The translations under genes and the position numbers were made by a program. From Hormiphora californensis (taxonomy: Eukaryota; Animalia; Ctenophora): DNA of 64,000 nucleotides. Position 1 is the stretch's first letter. The number at the start of each line of letters is the position of its first letter. Below, in pieces: positions 41,441 to 55,297 of this stretch. The DNA lies in contig CM035352.1 in the NCBI GenBank assembly GCA_020137815.1, positions 4,092,001 to 4,156,000 on the forward strand, given 5' to 3'. Below the pieces are notes generated by a model. That model saw only the letters and a list, made by a program, of their open reading frames with translations, had not been told where the DNA came from and did no database searches.

Positions 41441-44400
41441 CATTACCGACGGAAACATGTCAAAATATATGCGATGCTCGCTTGGTCATCAGAAGCGATA
41501 TCCTCGAGTAAATTAGCCCCCCCCCCCTTCTGGTTGAAAAAGACAAATATATAGAAGCCGATAAACTGGTACTTATAAAACTGGTGGAAAAAACTGGGGT
41601 CCTAAACCTGTATGATATAAATTTTAAACACACCTATACTCCACACCTGCTAGAAAAAAGGATAACTAGTAGTGCTTAATCGCATGGCTAGAGAGAGGAT
41701 GCCACGATTGCCGCAGCCCACAACTACACCAACATTACAACCAGCCGCGGGTTCCCATCACACTCCAAATGCACAAACGAAGAGATGTGTCTTCAGACGG
41801 GCCTTGAATGTATCCACATTGGGGATTGACCTGCAGCTCAAGAGGTAACTCATTCCAAATAGTAGAGGAACACTGATAGTTCTCCTTCGTCTCAACTTAG
41901 AGGTGGCGTTGATGCTTTCATCTTTTAGGGTGTTTAATCGTGTACGGATCAGTAAACACTGTTCATCCTTGTTGTCCTGAGAGAACCCAGGAGCTGTCAT
42001 CAAGTGGCACCATTTCTGGAGAGGTCAGTAAACGGGGGCCTGTCATAGATATTGTAGGATATCAGACAGGCTTTGACGTCCAGTATGTAGGAGATGGGCA
42101 AGATATGGTTTTTTCTGGGACACTTTGCCTGAAGTATTCCACAATAAGCTTTCCTGGTGTCATTCATTGGAGTTGTATATAAGCGGACACAGGGCGCATG
42201 AGAAGGTTCTGGAGCCCACTAGAACTCGAAACCGAAGTCCACAGTACAGTATGTTATGTAATCAATTCTGATATGATCAATTGTTATGACCAACATTATC
42301 TTGTGGAATATCAAAACACCTGCTGCAACTGCAGAGATTCCGTAAATGCAATCCACACTGTTCCTCACATTGTTAACCTGTCGTTCAAGGATTGAGATTG
42401 TGATCAATGAGAATTCCTAGGGTTTTCCCGTTTGTTCCACTACATTCATAGGGGAGATTTCTGTTCTCCAAAGTTAATGACTGGATCGAAGTGACCTTAG
42501 CCAAGGAAACTGCGCTTTCAAGAAGGATGTGAATTCTGCTTAAGCCTCGGTCACACTTCACCACTTCACACAAATCACCGCTCACCTTCGCCAGACATTC
42601 CTCACATTTATCACCTTTTGCCTCCGACCAGCCAGTAGAATCTTTAGGAACAGGCCACATAGAGCTGGAGTCGTCAGCATATAACTTATCGGAGTCCGGA
42701 TGGTTCCACAATGTCCTGTACAGCCTCAAGATTATAGTTTTTTTTATAAACAAAATAGGACCCAGGAGGAACCTTGTAGGGCACTCCACAGAGTAAGGCC
42801 AGAGGTATCCGAGTGAGAGACAATCACAACCGAGACTCTAACAGATCTGGAACTCAGTAACTCTTAAACCATGAAGAGGCTCGCACCACTCCAAAACGTT
42901 TCTGCAGCACCTACTAACAACTATACATGGAGTCCACTGTGTCAAAAACGCATGCCGCTCATGTCCAAACATATCGCCGAGAACAAAATTTCCTTTATCC
43001 ATCTCCCTAACACATCATCGAACATTACTGAAGCTACAGCGTTTCGCAGCTATGACCTCGCACGATAACGGATTGATGCTTCCAAAATGCAATTGCTTTC
43101 AGGTACCATTCAGTTGTTTTGCGCACACCTTCTAGGAGACTTAGAAAGGAATGGTATGTTTGAGACAGGAGGCGAAGTTACTGAGAGCTTCCCTATCGTA
43201 ATATTCTTGATGGTAGGAAAACAACGATAGCTTCGGAGCGATTCGACAACTGTTGACTGACGGAGAGATTGTTTACAATCGACTGTGTTAATACCTGAGC
43301 AAGATCCCTGATACACTCCTTACTACCCATGTGGGGATACTATCAAGGTCACAGTTTGCTTGACATAGACTTACCCCAAACAAGTTTATCTCAGATAAAT
43401 TTTCCCTCCCCCCTTCCCCTTGAATTCCTTCCATGTTGCAATCACAGGCCTTTCCGGGTTCCTCAAAGTCACCAGCTTGCTGTTGTTCCTCATTGGACTT
43501 GGGTTCGATCTTCTTCCACTTTGCGAGCTAAGAACTCGCGAAATCATCCGCCCAACCTCTCGTGTTTGTGTTTCAGGGAGGATTGATTTCAGCTTTTCCC
43601 AGGAGTTCTGTAGCTTACTCGTAGTTCTCTTTGGATCACCTGTGACACGTCCTAATGTCCTCTTCTAATGAAAAAGTGACCTCTCGTCAGTATCCCTATT
43701 TCCTACAGCTTCTTCAGAATGTTGAATCTCAGCTTTGCGATCCCAGTTCCATGCTTTTTTTCCCGCCAATACCCTTACGCATTCCTCCTCTTACGAAGTA
43801 AATCCCATGAGTTCCTCATCCCTCCACGCGTTTAAACCTTTTTCCCATCCTCTCCGCTTCCGGTACACGCTTTTCCACTATTTCTTCCAGCCAACCGATA
43901 GAAGTTCACAACACCATCCCAGGATCCTGCCTCTGTCAAAATCTCCTTCCGCACGTCCTACTCTAAATCCTCATGATCACTGATTGTAGTAAATATACTC
44001 TCGATACACGATTTCTTCAGACAGGAATTTCGACAGGTCGGGCCTCACTTGAATCCCAAATGCACCAGAAATGACTGATGTAAGTTACCATTGGAAATAT
44101 GGATATATCACCCAGAGTAGTTTCCCTCGCAGTTATTACCAGGTCCAAAGGTTCCTCAAGTCTGTGAGTTAGGCAGTAGTGGTACCCTTTGTGAAAGGTC
44201 AAATGAATCCCAGCAGTCCAAACAGTGATTCTCGCATAGAAGCTTGGTATCATCTTGTTTTAACTTGGAAGTTTAGGTCTCCAGCAATGATAGGAGTACC
44301 TCTGCTTCATGACAAGCTCGGAAAGGTTAGTCCCAAATTCTGATAGGAAAGTGCTTCTGTAAGTCTTGACTTAGGTGTGTCACGGAGGACGAAGACATTA

Positions 44401-46082
44401 CAGAGCCTCTTCGGTTGATCCTGTCACTGATGAGAACCTCTTGAAATTGAAATGATCTTATATTGGTCTTCACAGACACTGCCGAAGAACTATGCCATCT
44501 CGAGAAAAGAGGAATTCCATCCTCCACCCTCCTCTGTATCCTCTGGGGCACGCGAAAAATCCCATCCATGTACTCTTATTTCTTGGAGTTTCCCTGTGTC
44601 TGTGGATTCGAAAATGTTTCTGTATAAGACATATATCACAATCTTATACTCCAGAGTGAAATGATACCTCAGTTTTATTGACAAGACGAGCGGACATTTA
44701 ATGTCCCAAATCTTCCAAAGTCTTTCCTGTGTAGTTCTCCTTGTCCTCGTCCAGTACAGTTTTGTCTCTCTTTTGCCTTACACAATACACCTGATAGTCC
44801 GCTCTACATAAGCCGTGCCGTTCGTTGATGTACGAGGGGACACCACAGACTGAAGCAGTATGGGTTCTCGCATACTTCCTGATACCTCCTGATCCTCCAT
44901 CCGCACAAATTCACACACTTAATCTTACCAGTATCATTGTCTTCTTTGCTCTACAATCTTTCGGTAGGATGTGTTCCAGCACAGAAACAGAATACGGAGT
45001 ATCCTTCTGAGGACAGATATATAGAGCCCCCTGCAATGTGACCAAATCCTGACAGTGATAACATTGTATCATCGTGATACCTGTCTTCACAAATGCTGTC
45101 GAAGTCCAAGTTAATCCTATCACCGTAATCAGAAGAGCCTCCGGACTCCAGGTGCCATCTGGCATCACTGCAACCTGTCTCTTTCGCCACGAACACCATT
45201 TTAACTCTTGTCTCTGATACAGCTTCCGAATATGTTCTAATTTTATCCAAAATCCCCGCTTGCCAGGATAGTCTCCTTTTCAGTAACTTCTGCGGTCCAA
45301 ATCATTTATTGTCACTTTGGTTCAAGCTTCTGCTCCTCTGAGAAGAATGACATAGAACAGTCCTGTGCAGAGAGGAGTCAAACTTTTTCCGCTCCTTCAT
45401 CTGGTCCTCATTAGGGAAATACAGCAGGGTATGGTCACGTTCCACTCTGATCTCACCACGGTATCGTCTTCAAGCGTTTCCACTTAGGCTGACCTCTAGT
45501 CCACTTCTTAGCACAGAATCGGGAATCCTGGCTCTCCTTCCTCATTGGTGCCAGTTTTAATATTCACATAGTGTTTCATCGTAGGTGTAACCGGTTCCTC
45601 TGGATCACCACCACCAACATCACTTCTCCCATTCTCCACAGGTTTGACTAGTGCAGATATAGTCGAAATCAGATCCTTGTGAAGTTTTGCAAACGATTCT
45701 CTCAGATCAGAATGGTCTCCAGGAACAGAAAACAGTGCCGACGCCGGAAGCATTTTGTAGCAGGCTTTGAGAAGATCCCACAGCTGAGGCTTATGGACAG
45801 ACGACGGACAAGCAGCGTCACCCCTCTCAAGGCACACTAACAAATCACTACCCTTATAATCATTATTAAATACTTCTCCTGATAACACATCTTCAAAATC
45901 ACTCCTAGTGATACAACTGTCATATTTACTCGTAACGGTCATCCTAAAACACCCGTTGCACGCCGGCCAACAGCAAACTCTTCACTGATATCACTCGTAA
46001 GTTAAGTTAAAGTAGGCCTAACAGAGATCTAAAAGATTAGAGAATAGATGCTAACACAGTTATCGGAACGATTGACGGCAAA

Positions 46083-46123
46083 CTCAAATTAATTTGTTTA
46101 AAGTAGTGTTGAAAAGTTTAGAC
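46083..46123 (-). other. Spliced-leader exon sequence at the 5' end of L2 copy 1
   Basis: The reverse complement of 46083-46119 is AAACTTTTCAACACTACTTTAAACAAATTAATTTGAG, identical to 61171-61207. Confidence 0.8.
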
Positions 46124-46633
46124 ATTATATATTATAATCAAGATATACTATATATAACTCAGATATATCTCTACATAACAAGGGAGTCCCACAACAATTT
46201 AAAAAGGGGTGCACGGTAAAATGGGTAGCCTCAAGAAATATGGTTATATTATGAAGTTAGCTAGAAACATAAACATGACCTAACAGATGCAATTACTAGC
46301 CGGGCAGGGGTGCCTGCTGTTGCCAAATCGGTTCTGGGAGTTACAACCGCGACGGTGACAGTTAGAAAAGAAAACCACGCACACATAGCTCAGCTGGCGA
46401 ACCATTTTCAGAGCAACTAATTACCAGGCACATCACCGGCCCAAAAATAGTGCGAGTGTGTGCGATGAAATTAGAAACGCGCTGTGTGCAGTATCATACG
46501 GGGGACAACGTGTTAACAGAGATTTGGATGAATGCCCCCTGCCATGCAAAGTGCGTGTAAAAACGCTACACGCAAATAAAATGGGAGAATGAGAGAGAAA
46601 AAAGAAGAGAATGAAAGAAGAGAGAGAGGGAGA

Positions 46634-46784
<151 letters not shown>

Positions 46785-46787
46785 AGA

Positions 46788-46896
<109 letters not shown>

Positions 46897-47474
46897 GAGA
46901 GAGATAGAGAGAGGGATAGAGAGAATGAGTAAAATGCAGCTTAGACGGCGGAGAGAAAAGTAAGAGACTGACAAAAGAGAAGAAAGAGATATATTCTGGG
47001 AAGGAGAAATAAAGAAGAGACAGTATAGCAAAGAGAGATAAACAAGCAAACAAGCAGAATATCACGTGTTACCACGTGACTCATCTTGATTAAAAGTGTG
47101 TCCCCCTCAGCGGTAAAGGGAGGGATCGGAGGGAAGAGAGTGAGGGAGGGATATGGAGAGGGTGTGAGAGAGGAGAGAACACATGGCGATAGAGCGAGGA
47201 AGAGAAATGAATAAAAGAGCATATTTAGAAATAAGATGCGGAGTCAAAAAGGACCGAATCGAAGAGGGCAAATATGCAAAATAGAGTTGCAGCACACGGA
47301 ATAAAACGGAAAAAGAATAGAAAACGGGAGACAATAAGGGATGTTACAAAATGTCATGGAAACATATATCACATACAAAATAGGGTGTCTGTGCCTAAAT
47401 TTCTCATTTTAAAGCAGCTGTATGCAGCAATACATACAGTGAAGGAAAGCAGTGCTTTCAAAGCACAGACTCCT

Positions 47475-47527
<53 letters not shown>

Positions 47528-47651
47528 GCGGCTGAGTCCGTTTCCGCTAAGTACTAATTGTGTTAGAGTGTGTGCTGGGACACACACACCATGTGTCACA
47601 CAAACACACGAACACTGTTCATGACATACTGAGAGATGGAGAGAGAGAGAT

Positions 47652-47714
<63 letters not shown>

Positions 47715-47717
47715 TAC

Positions 47718-47748
<31 letters not shown>

Positions 47749-49280
47749 TAGAGAGAAGAAAGAAAGAGAAATACCGAATACGCGGAGAGAAATTACAGAA
47801 AATGAAAGTGAAACTCAAACAAGAAACACAAGAAATTCAATATAATGACGTCAAAACAGCACTCGAGTGCCAAATTATTAACTCACCCTTTTGTTGGCCT
47901 GGTTAGCACAGTCATATTACTTGTTAAAAATAAATAAGAGGAGGAGAGGGAGAAATCGAGGATAAATAGAGACAGAGGGAAAAGCAGAGAGAGAGAGAGA
48001 GAAAGAGCTGATGGGAAATCTCACTATGCCGACACAGGGCAGTACAGTAAGCTCACCCAAAAGAGACACTCCTACATTAGTAAACACGATACTTACTCAG
48101 TAATTATAAATTGAGAATGCGAAAGGGGGAGAGAGAGAGAGATAGAGAAGGAGAGGAGGGGAGGAGCGGAGTGGAAGAGAGAGATAAGAGAGGAGAGAGC
48201 GAGAGTAAAAGAAAACGCTGAGAGAGAGGGTATTATGCAACCATATAATGTTATGCAGTGACAATACAAAATATATTGCAGCTAGATAATTAATATAGTT
48301 GCTCAATGCAACAACAACAGCAGCTGTAAAAGCGCATTATAATAGCGAAGAGGAGGAGGAAAATCAACGAAGCCAATGAACGAAGGGTGTATTATAATAC
48401 GCGTGCAGACTTTTTAGAAACTACGAGAATTGTACTGGTAGGAGAGAGAGAAGACAGACGTAGGGAGGGAGAGAGAGATATAAGAGATTTAGGAAACAGA
48501 GAGAACACAAGATATAACTGGAAGACGTCTGTCTCTGTCGGAGAGAGATAAGGTAAATTAGAAACAATAGATCATCAATTGCATTGGGAAGTAAAAATAG
48601 TAGTTTTTATTTGAGTACACGAGGTATCTCCACCACACTATGACGTACCAACTAAGATGACGCATCTACCAGACAAATTGCAATTGCGTTTTCAATTTGT
48701 GATGAAATTGAAAGCAGCACCCATACGAATTTAATATACAGAGACCTGAGAATATAACGCCTGTTGTTTCCTGTCACAGTGCAACCGCAACACATGACAG
48801 TATTAAACAGTGACTACAGCTGCTGACAGGAATTCAGTAACAGTACCTGAACAAACAGAATGAACACTCTCTCAGATCTGCAGGGGGTTCAGGTATCAAA
48901 CTGATATTATAAAGATGAGAGGAGGTATCTCCGCTAGCGATCAGATAATTACTGGTTTAGCGTCCTTTCTCTATTCTTTCTCTCTTTCTCTCGCTCTATC
49001 TTTCCCTCTCTATCTCTCTCCCTCTATCTCTGGCTCTCTTTTATTCTTTACTCCCTATTTTTCTTTTTCTTGACTCTCATAACTCATCATATCCATCTCC
49101 ATACTTTCTCCTTGCAACTACTTACTACCATGCTCTCTCTCTCTCTCACTCTACTTTCTCTCTCCCTCTCTCCTTGGCGACTGTTTACCCTCCCTCCCCC
49201 GATGTTATCACTATGACAACACAAGGAGTAGTATTGATCAGCCAAAAACACAGAGTGGTACTTGGTAGAGAGTATAATTT

Positions 49281-52200
49281 AATAATATAATAATAATAAT
49301 CCGCGCTTATATACCGCCCATCACGGCGTGCCTGGTGAAATTTTAACACGACCTAGCATGCGACGGGAAACCACCACTTGTACGTGGTAGCTGAGGGTCT
49401 ACAGAATGGCGCTACGGTGCGGGAAAAAACATTCCATTCCCTAAAATCTTTTTTTTTACTTTTATTTGATTTGGGTCAAAATTGGCTATATTAAACGTGG
49501 TCCCGAAAAATCCATAATGACTTAGCACACGAAATATGTCACCCCTACCTATTTTTGCACGTAGAATCGATTGCCGTTGAAGTCGAATCTCTAAAATGAC
49601 TGTAAAATGGTCAAAAGTTGATTTTTTACCATTTTTTGGAGGTTTTTGGCCCCTAAATCATTAAAAACGTTGAGATAGGAATTTGAAACTAGTGCCAATC
49701 GTTAAAATGGTCATTTTTCTACAAAGAACCAAGTTTTCATGTATATCCGATTTATGGTTAGATTTGGGCAAATTGTTGAAATCTGCCAACTAGGAGAACC
49801 GTAACTTGATTTTCTTGTTTTTTGGATTTTGGCATTTTTGACAAACTTCTGATTGAAATGGTCAATCGGGACCATGCTTAAGTTGTTTATGGGACAATTT
49901 TCGACTAAAATCCAAGATTTCATACCAATCCAATAACAGATCGTTGATTTATAGTAAATTTAAGTAGGCAAAACGGTCAAAATGACAACTTTTCTTGCTT
50001 ATTTTGACCGTTTTGCCTACTTAAATTTTCTATAAATCAACGATCTGTTATTGGATTGGTATGAAATCTTGGATTTTAGTCGAAAATTGTCCCATAAACA
50101 ACTTAAGCATGGTCCCGATTGACCATTTCAATCAGAAGTTTGTCAAAAATGCCAAAATCCAAAAAACAAGAAAATCAAGTTACGGTTCTCCTAGTTGGCA
50201 GATTTCAACAATTTGCCCAAATCTAACCATAAATCGGATATACATGAAAACTTGGTTCTTGGTAGAAAAATGACCATTTTAACGATTGGCACTAGTTTCA
50301 AATTCCTATCTCAACGTTTTTAATGATTTAGGGGCCAAAAACCTCCAAAAAATGGTAAAAAATCAACTTTTGACCATTTTACAGTCATTTTAGAGATTCG
50401 ACTTCAACGGCAATCGATTCTACGTGCAAAAATAGGTAGGGGTGACATATTTCGTGTGCTAAGTCATTATGGATTTTTCGGGACCACGTTTAATATAGCC
50501 AATTTTGACCCAAATCAAATAAAAGTAAAAAAAAAGATTTTAGGGAATGGAATGTTTTTTCCCGCACCGTAGCGCCATTCTGTAGACCCTCAGCTACCAC
50601 GTACAAGTGGTGGTTTCCCGTCGCATGCTAGGTCGTGTTAAAATTTCACCAGGCACGCCGTGCCATACCCGACGGAAACATGTCAAAATATTGGCGATGC
50701 TCCGCCTGGTCATCAGAGCGGTATATCCTCGAGTAAATATATGACACACACAAACACTCTGGTTGAAAAAGACAATATATAGAAGCCGATATAACTGGAC
50801 CTTATAAAACTGGTGAAAAACTGGTCCCATAAACCTGTAGATATAAATTTTAAAACCACTATACTCAACCTGCTAGGAAAAAAGGATACTAGGTAGTGAT
50901 TTAATAGCATGGGCTAGAGAGAGGATGACACTGATTGCCCGCAGGCTCCACAACTACACCAACATTACAACCCAGCCGCGGGTTCCCCATCACCCCACTC
51001 CAAATGCACCAACGAAGAGATGTGTCTTCAGACGGGCCTTGAATGTATCCACATTGGGGATTGACCTGAGCTCAAGAGGTAACTCATTCCAAATAGTAGG
51101 CAGGAACACTGATAGTCTCCTTCGTCTCAACTTAGAGTTGGCGTTGATGCTTTCATCTTTGGGTGTTTTAATCTGTACGGATCAGTAACACTAGTCATCC
51201 TTGTTGTCCTGGAGAGACCCCAGCTGTCATCAAGTGGCAACCATTTCCTGGAGGTAACGGGGTGCTGTTCCATAGACTATCTTGTAGGCTATCAGGACAG
51301 GCTTTGAAGTCCAGTCTGTAGGAGATGGGCAAGATATGGCACTGCCTGGAAGTATTCCAAATAGCTTTCCTGGTGTCCATGGATGTTGTATTATAAAGCG
51401 GACACAGGCGTTGAGAAGTTTCTGGAGCCCACTGAGAACTCGAACCGGAAGTCCACAGTACAGTATGTTACTGTAATCAATTCTTGATATGATCAATTGT
51501 TTGACCAACATTATCTTGGTTGGAATATCAAAACACCTGTGCAACTGCCAGAGATTCCGTAATTGCCAATCCACACTGTTTCCTCACATTGTTAACCTGT
51601 CGTTCAAGATTGAGATTGTGATCCAAGAGAATTCCTAGGGTTTTCCCGTTTGTTCCACTACATTCACTAGGGGAGATTTCTGTTCCCTCCAAAGTTAATG
51701 ACTGGATCGAAGTGACCTTGCCTAAGGAACTGCGCTTTCCAAGAAGGATGAATTCTGTCTTAGCCTCGTTACACTTCAACCACTGTCCCACCATCCACCG
51801 CTTCATCACCTTCGCCAGACATTCCTCAATATCCCACCTTTGCCTCCGACCAGCCAGTAGAATCTGTAGGAACCGGCTCACATAGAGCTGGGAGTCGTCA
51901 GCATATAACTTTATCCGGAGTCCGTATGGTTCCACAATGTCCTGTACAGCCTCAATGTATAGTAGAAACAAAATAGGACCCAGGAGGGACCCTTGGGGCA
52001 CTCCACAGAGTAAGGCCAGAGTATCCGAGAGACAATCACCAACCGAGACTCTAAAAGATCTGGAACTCAGGTAACTCTTAAACCATTGAAGAGGATCGCC
52101 ATCCACTCCAAAACGTTTCTGCAGCACCTCTAACAACTTCTCATGATCCACTGTGTCAAACGCAGCGCTCATGTCCAAACATATCAGAGCCACAACATTT

Positions 52201-55200
52201 CCTTTATCCATCTCCCCTAACACATCATCGAACATACTGGCTAACAGCGTTTCGCAGCTATGACCTGCACGATAACCGGATTGATGCTTGCCCAAAAGTG
52301 AATTGCTTTCAAGGGTACTCATTCAGTTGTTGAGCACCACCTTTCTAGGAGCTTAGAAAGGAATGGATGTTTGAGACAGACGATAGTTACTGAGAGCTTC
52401 CCTATCTCCGTACATATTCTTGATGGTAGGAAACCGATAGCCTTCTGGAGCGATTCTGCAACTTTTTGACTGAGGGAGAGATTGGTTTACAATCGATGTT
52501 TAATACCGGAGCAAGATCCCTGATACACTCCTTTACTACCCTGTGGGGAACGGATAAAGGGTCACAAGTTTTGCTTGACATAGACTTACCACCAAAACAA
52601 GTTTCCTCCTCAGATATCTCCTTGAATTCCTTCCATTTTTGAATCACAGGCCCCTTTCCGGGTTCCTCAAAGTCCCAGCTTGCTGTTGTTTCCTCATTGA
52701 CTTGGGTTCGAATTTTTTCCCACTTTGGAGCTAAAACTGCGAAAAATCATCCGCCCAACTCTTCGTGTTTGTTGTTTCAGGGAGGATTGATTCAGCTTTT
52801 CCCAGGAGTTTCTGTAGCTTACTCTGTATTTTCTCTTTGGATCACCTTTGACAGCGTCTAAGTCCTCTCTAATGAAAGTGACCTCTTTCCTTACCATATT
52901 TCCTACAGCTTCTTCAGATCGTTAAATCTCCGCTTTGCGTCCTCGGGTTCCATGCTTTCCGCCAATACCGTTCCGCATTCCTCCTCCTTTACGAAGAAAT
53001 CCCCTGAGTTCCCTCATCCCTCCACGGTTTAAACTTTTTCCCCATCCTCTCCGCTTCCCGGTACACGCTTTTCCACATTTCCTTCCCAGCCAACGATAGA
53101 AGTTCACAACACCCTCCTCAGGATCCCTGCCTCTGTCAAAATCCCCTTTTCCCCCCCAAGTCCTCCTTAAATCCTTCCAATCCCTGATTTGTAGTCCATA
53201 TACTCTCGATACACTGTTTTCTTCAGACAGGAATTCGACAGGTCGGGCCTAAACTTAATCCCAAACTGCCCCAGGAAATGATCTGATGTAGTACCATTGG
53301 GAAAAATGGATATATCACCCAGATGTTTTCCCCCGCTTATTACCAGGTCACCAAGGTTCCTCCCAAATCTGTGATTTGGCAGTATGGTACCCTTTGTTGA
53401 AGGTCAAATGAATCCACAGTTCCAACAGTTTTCCTCGCTAGAAGTTGGTTATCATCTTGTACTTGGAAGTTTAGGTCTCCAGCAATGATAGGAGTACCTT
53501 GCTTCATACAAGCCGGAAAGGTAGTCCCAAATTCTGATAGGAAAGTTTCTTTTTGTAAGTCTTGACTTAGGTGTGTACGGGGGGACGAAGACATTACAGA
53601 CCTCTTCGGTTGATCCCTGTCCTGATGAGAACCTCTTGAACTTGAAATATTTTATTTGGCTTCACGACACTGCCGAAGAACTTGCCATCTCCCAAAGAGA
53701 ATTCCATTTCCCCCACCTCCTCGGGCTCCTCTGGGGCACGAGAAAATTTCCCATCCATTTTCTCTTATTTCTTGGAGTTTCCCTGTGTCTGTGGACTTCA
53801 AAATGTTTTTCCCCGTATAAGACATATATCACAATCTTTATCCTCCAGATTTTAAAAGATACCTCCATTTTTTTTGACAAGAGAGCGGACATTTAATGTC
53901 CCAAAACTTTCCAAGTCTTTTCCTGTGTAGTTCCTCCTTGTCCTCGTCCATACAGGGTTTTTTTCCCTCTTTGCTTACCAATACACCTGAAGTCCTCTCC
54001 ATAAGCCGTGCCCGTTCGTTGATGTACGAGGGACAACCACAGACTAGAAGCATATGGGTCCTCCCCATACTTCTTGTCCTCCCCAGATCCTCCACGCCCC
54101 ACAATTCACACACTTCATCTTACCAGTATCATTGGGCTTCTTTGCTCTACATCTTTCTCGATGTGTTCCAGCACAGAAACGCATACGGAGTATCCTTCTG
54201 TGGACAGTATATAGACCTGCAATGTGACCAAATCCCCTTTACAGTGATAACATTGTATCACGTGATACCTGTTTCTTCACCAAATGCTGTCGAAGTCCCA
54301 AGTTAATCCTATCACCGTTATCAGATAAGAGCCTCCGGATCTCCGGTGCCATCTGGATCACTGCATACCTGTCTCTTTCGCTCACGAACACCACTTTTAA
54401 CTTCTTGTCCTCTTGATACAGCTTCCTGATGTTCTCATTTTTATCCAAAATCGCTGCCAGGATAGTCTCCTTTTTCAGTAGTTCTGGGTCCAAATCATTT
54501 ATTGTCACCTTTGGTTCAAGCTTCTTGGCCTCCTCTGAGAAGAATGACATAGAACAGTCCTGTGCGAGAGGAGTCAAAACTTTTTCCGCTTCCTTCATCT
54601 GGTCCTCATTAGGGAAATACAGCCGGGTATGGTCACTGTTCACTCTGGATCTCACCACCGGTATCGTCTTCAAAGCAGTTTCCACTTTAGGCTTGACCTC
54701 ATCAGTCCACTTCTTAGCACAGAATCGGGAATCCTGGCTCTCCTTCCTCATTGGTGCCAGTTTTAATATTCACATAGTGTTTCATCGTAGGTGTAACCGG
54801 TTCCTCTGGATCACCACCACCAACATCACTTCCTCCCATTCTCCACAGGTTTGACTAGGCAGATATAGTCGAAATCAGATTTCCCTTTTGAAATTTTGCA
54901 AACGATTCTCTCAGATCAAATGGTCTCCAGGACAAAACATTGCCGGACGCGGAAGCATTTTGTAGCAGCTTTAGAAGATCCCAAGCTGAGGCTTATGGAC
55001 GACGACGGACAGAGGTCACCCCTCTCAAGCACACTAACAAATCACTACCCTTTTAATCATTATTAATACTCCCTGATAACAATTTCAAATACTCCAGTGA
55101 TAACTTGTCAATTACTCGTAACGGTCTCTAAAACCCCGTGCACGCCGGCCAACAGCAAACTTCACTGTATCACTTGTAAGTTAAGTTAAAGTAGGCCTAA

Positions 55201-55297
55201 CAGAGATCTAAAAGATTAGAGAATAGATGCTAACACAGTTATCGGAACGATTGCGGCAACTCAAATATTTGTTTAAAGTAGTGTTGAAGTTTTAGAC
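49281..55297 (-). mobile_element. Full-length L2-clade LINE, copy 2 (duplicate of copy 1)
   Basis: RT ORF 51528-52322 ([32 protein letters not shown]), endonuclease fragment PIIAGDLNF (53340-53594), ORF1 fragment 54239-54751, and an error-containing SL copy at ~55260-55297. Confidence 0.85.
49322..50662. mobile_element. 1.34-kb palindromic Chapaev-like non-autonomous transposon (copy 2)
   Basis: CACGGCGTG...CACGCCGTG termini, 4-bp TSD CCAT (49318-49321, 50663-50666) and ~17-nt spacer near 49990. Empty site ACCGCCCATACCCG in the related L2 at ~58131-58144. Confidence 0.85.

Larger units (their letters stand above)
40060..46123 (-). mobile_element. Full-length L2-clade LINE, copy 1 (ORF1 from ATG 45942; endonuclease-RT ORF2; frameshifted as assembled), 5' end = SL exon
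   Basis: (TTA)n tail at ~40060-40077. RT fragments LLGPILF and LYADDS, L2-type C-terminus [17 protein letters not shown], and ORF1 fragment at 45508-45942. Confidence 0.85.
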
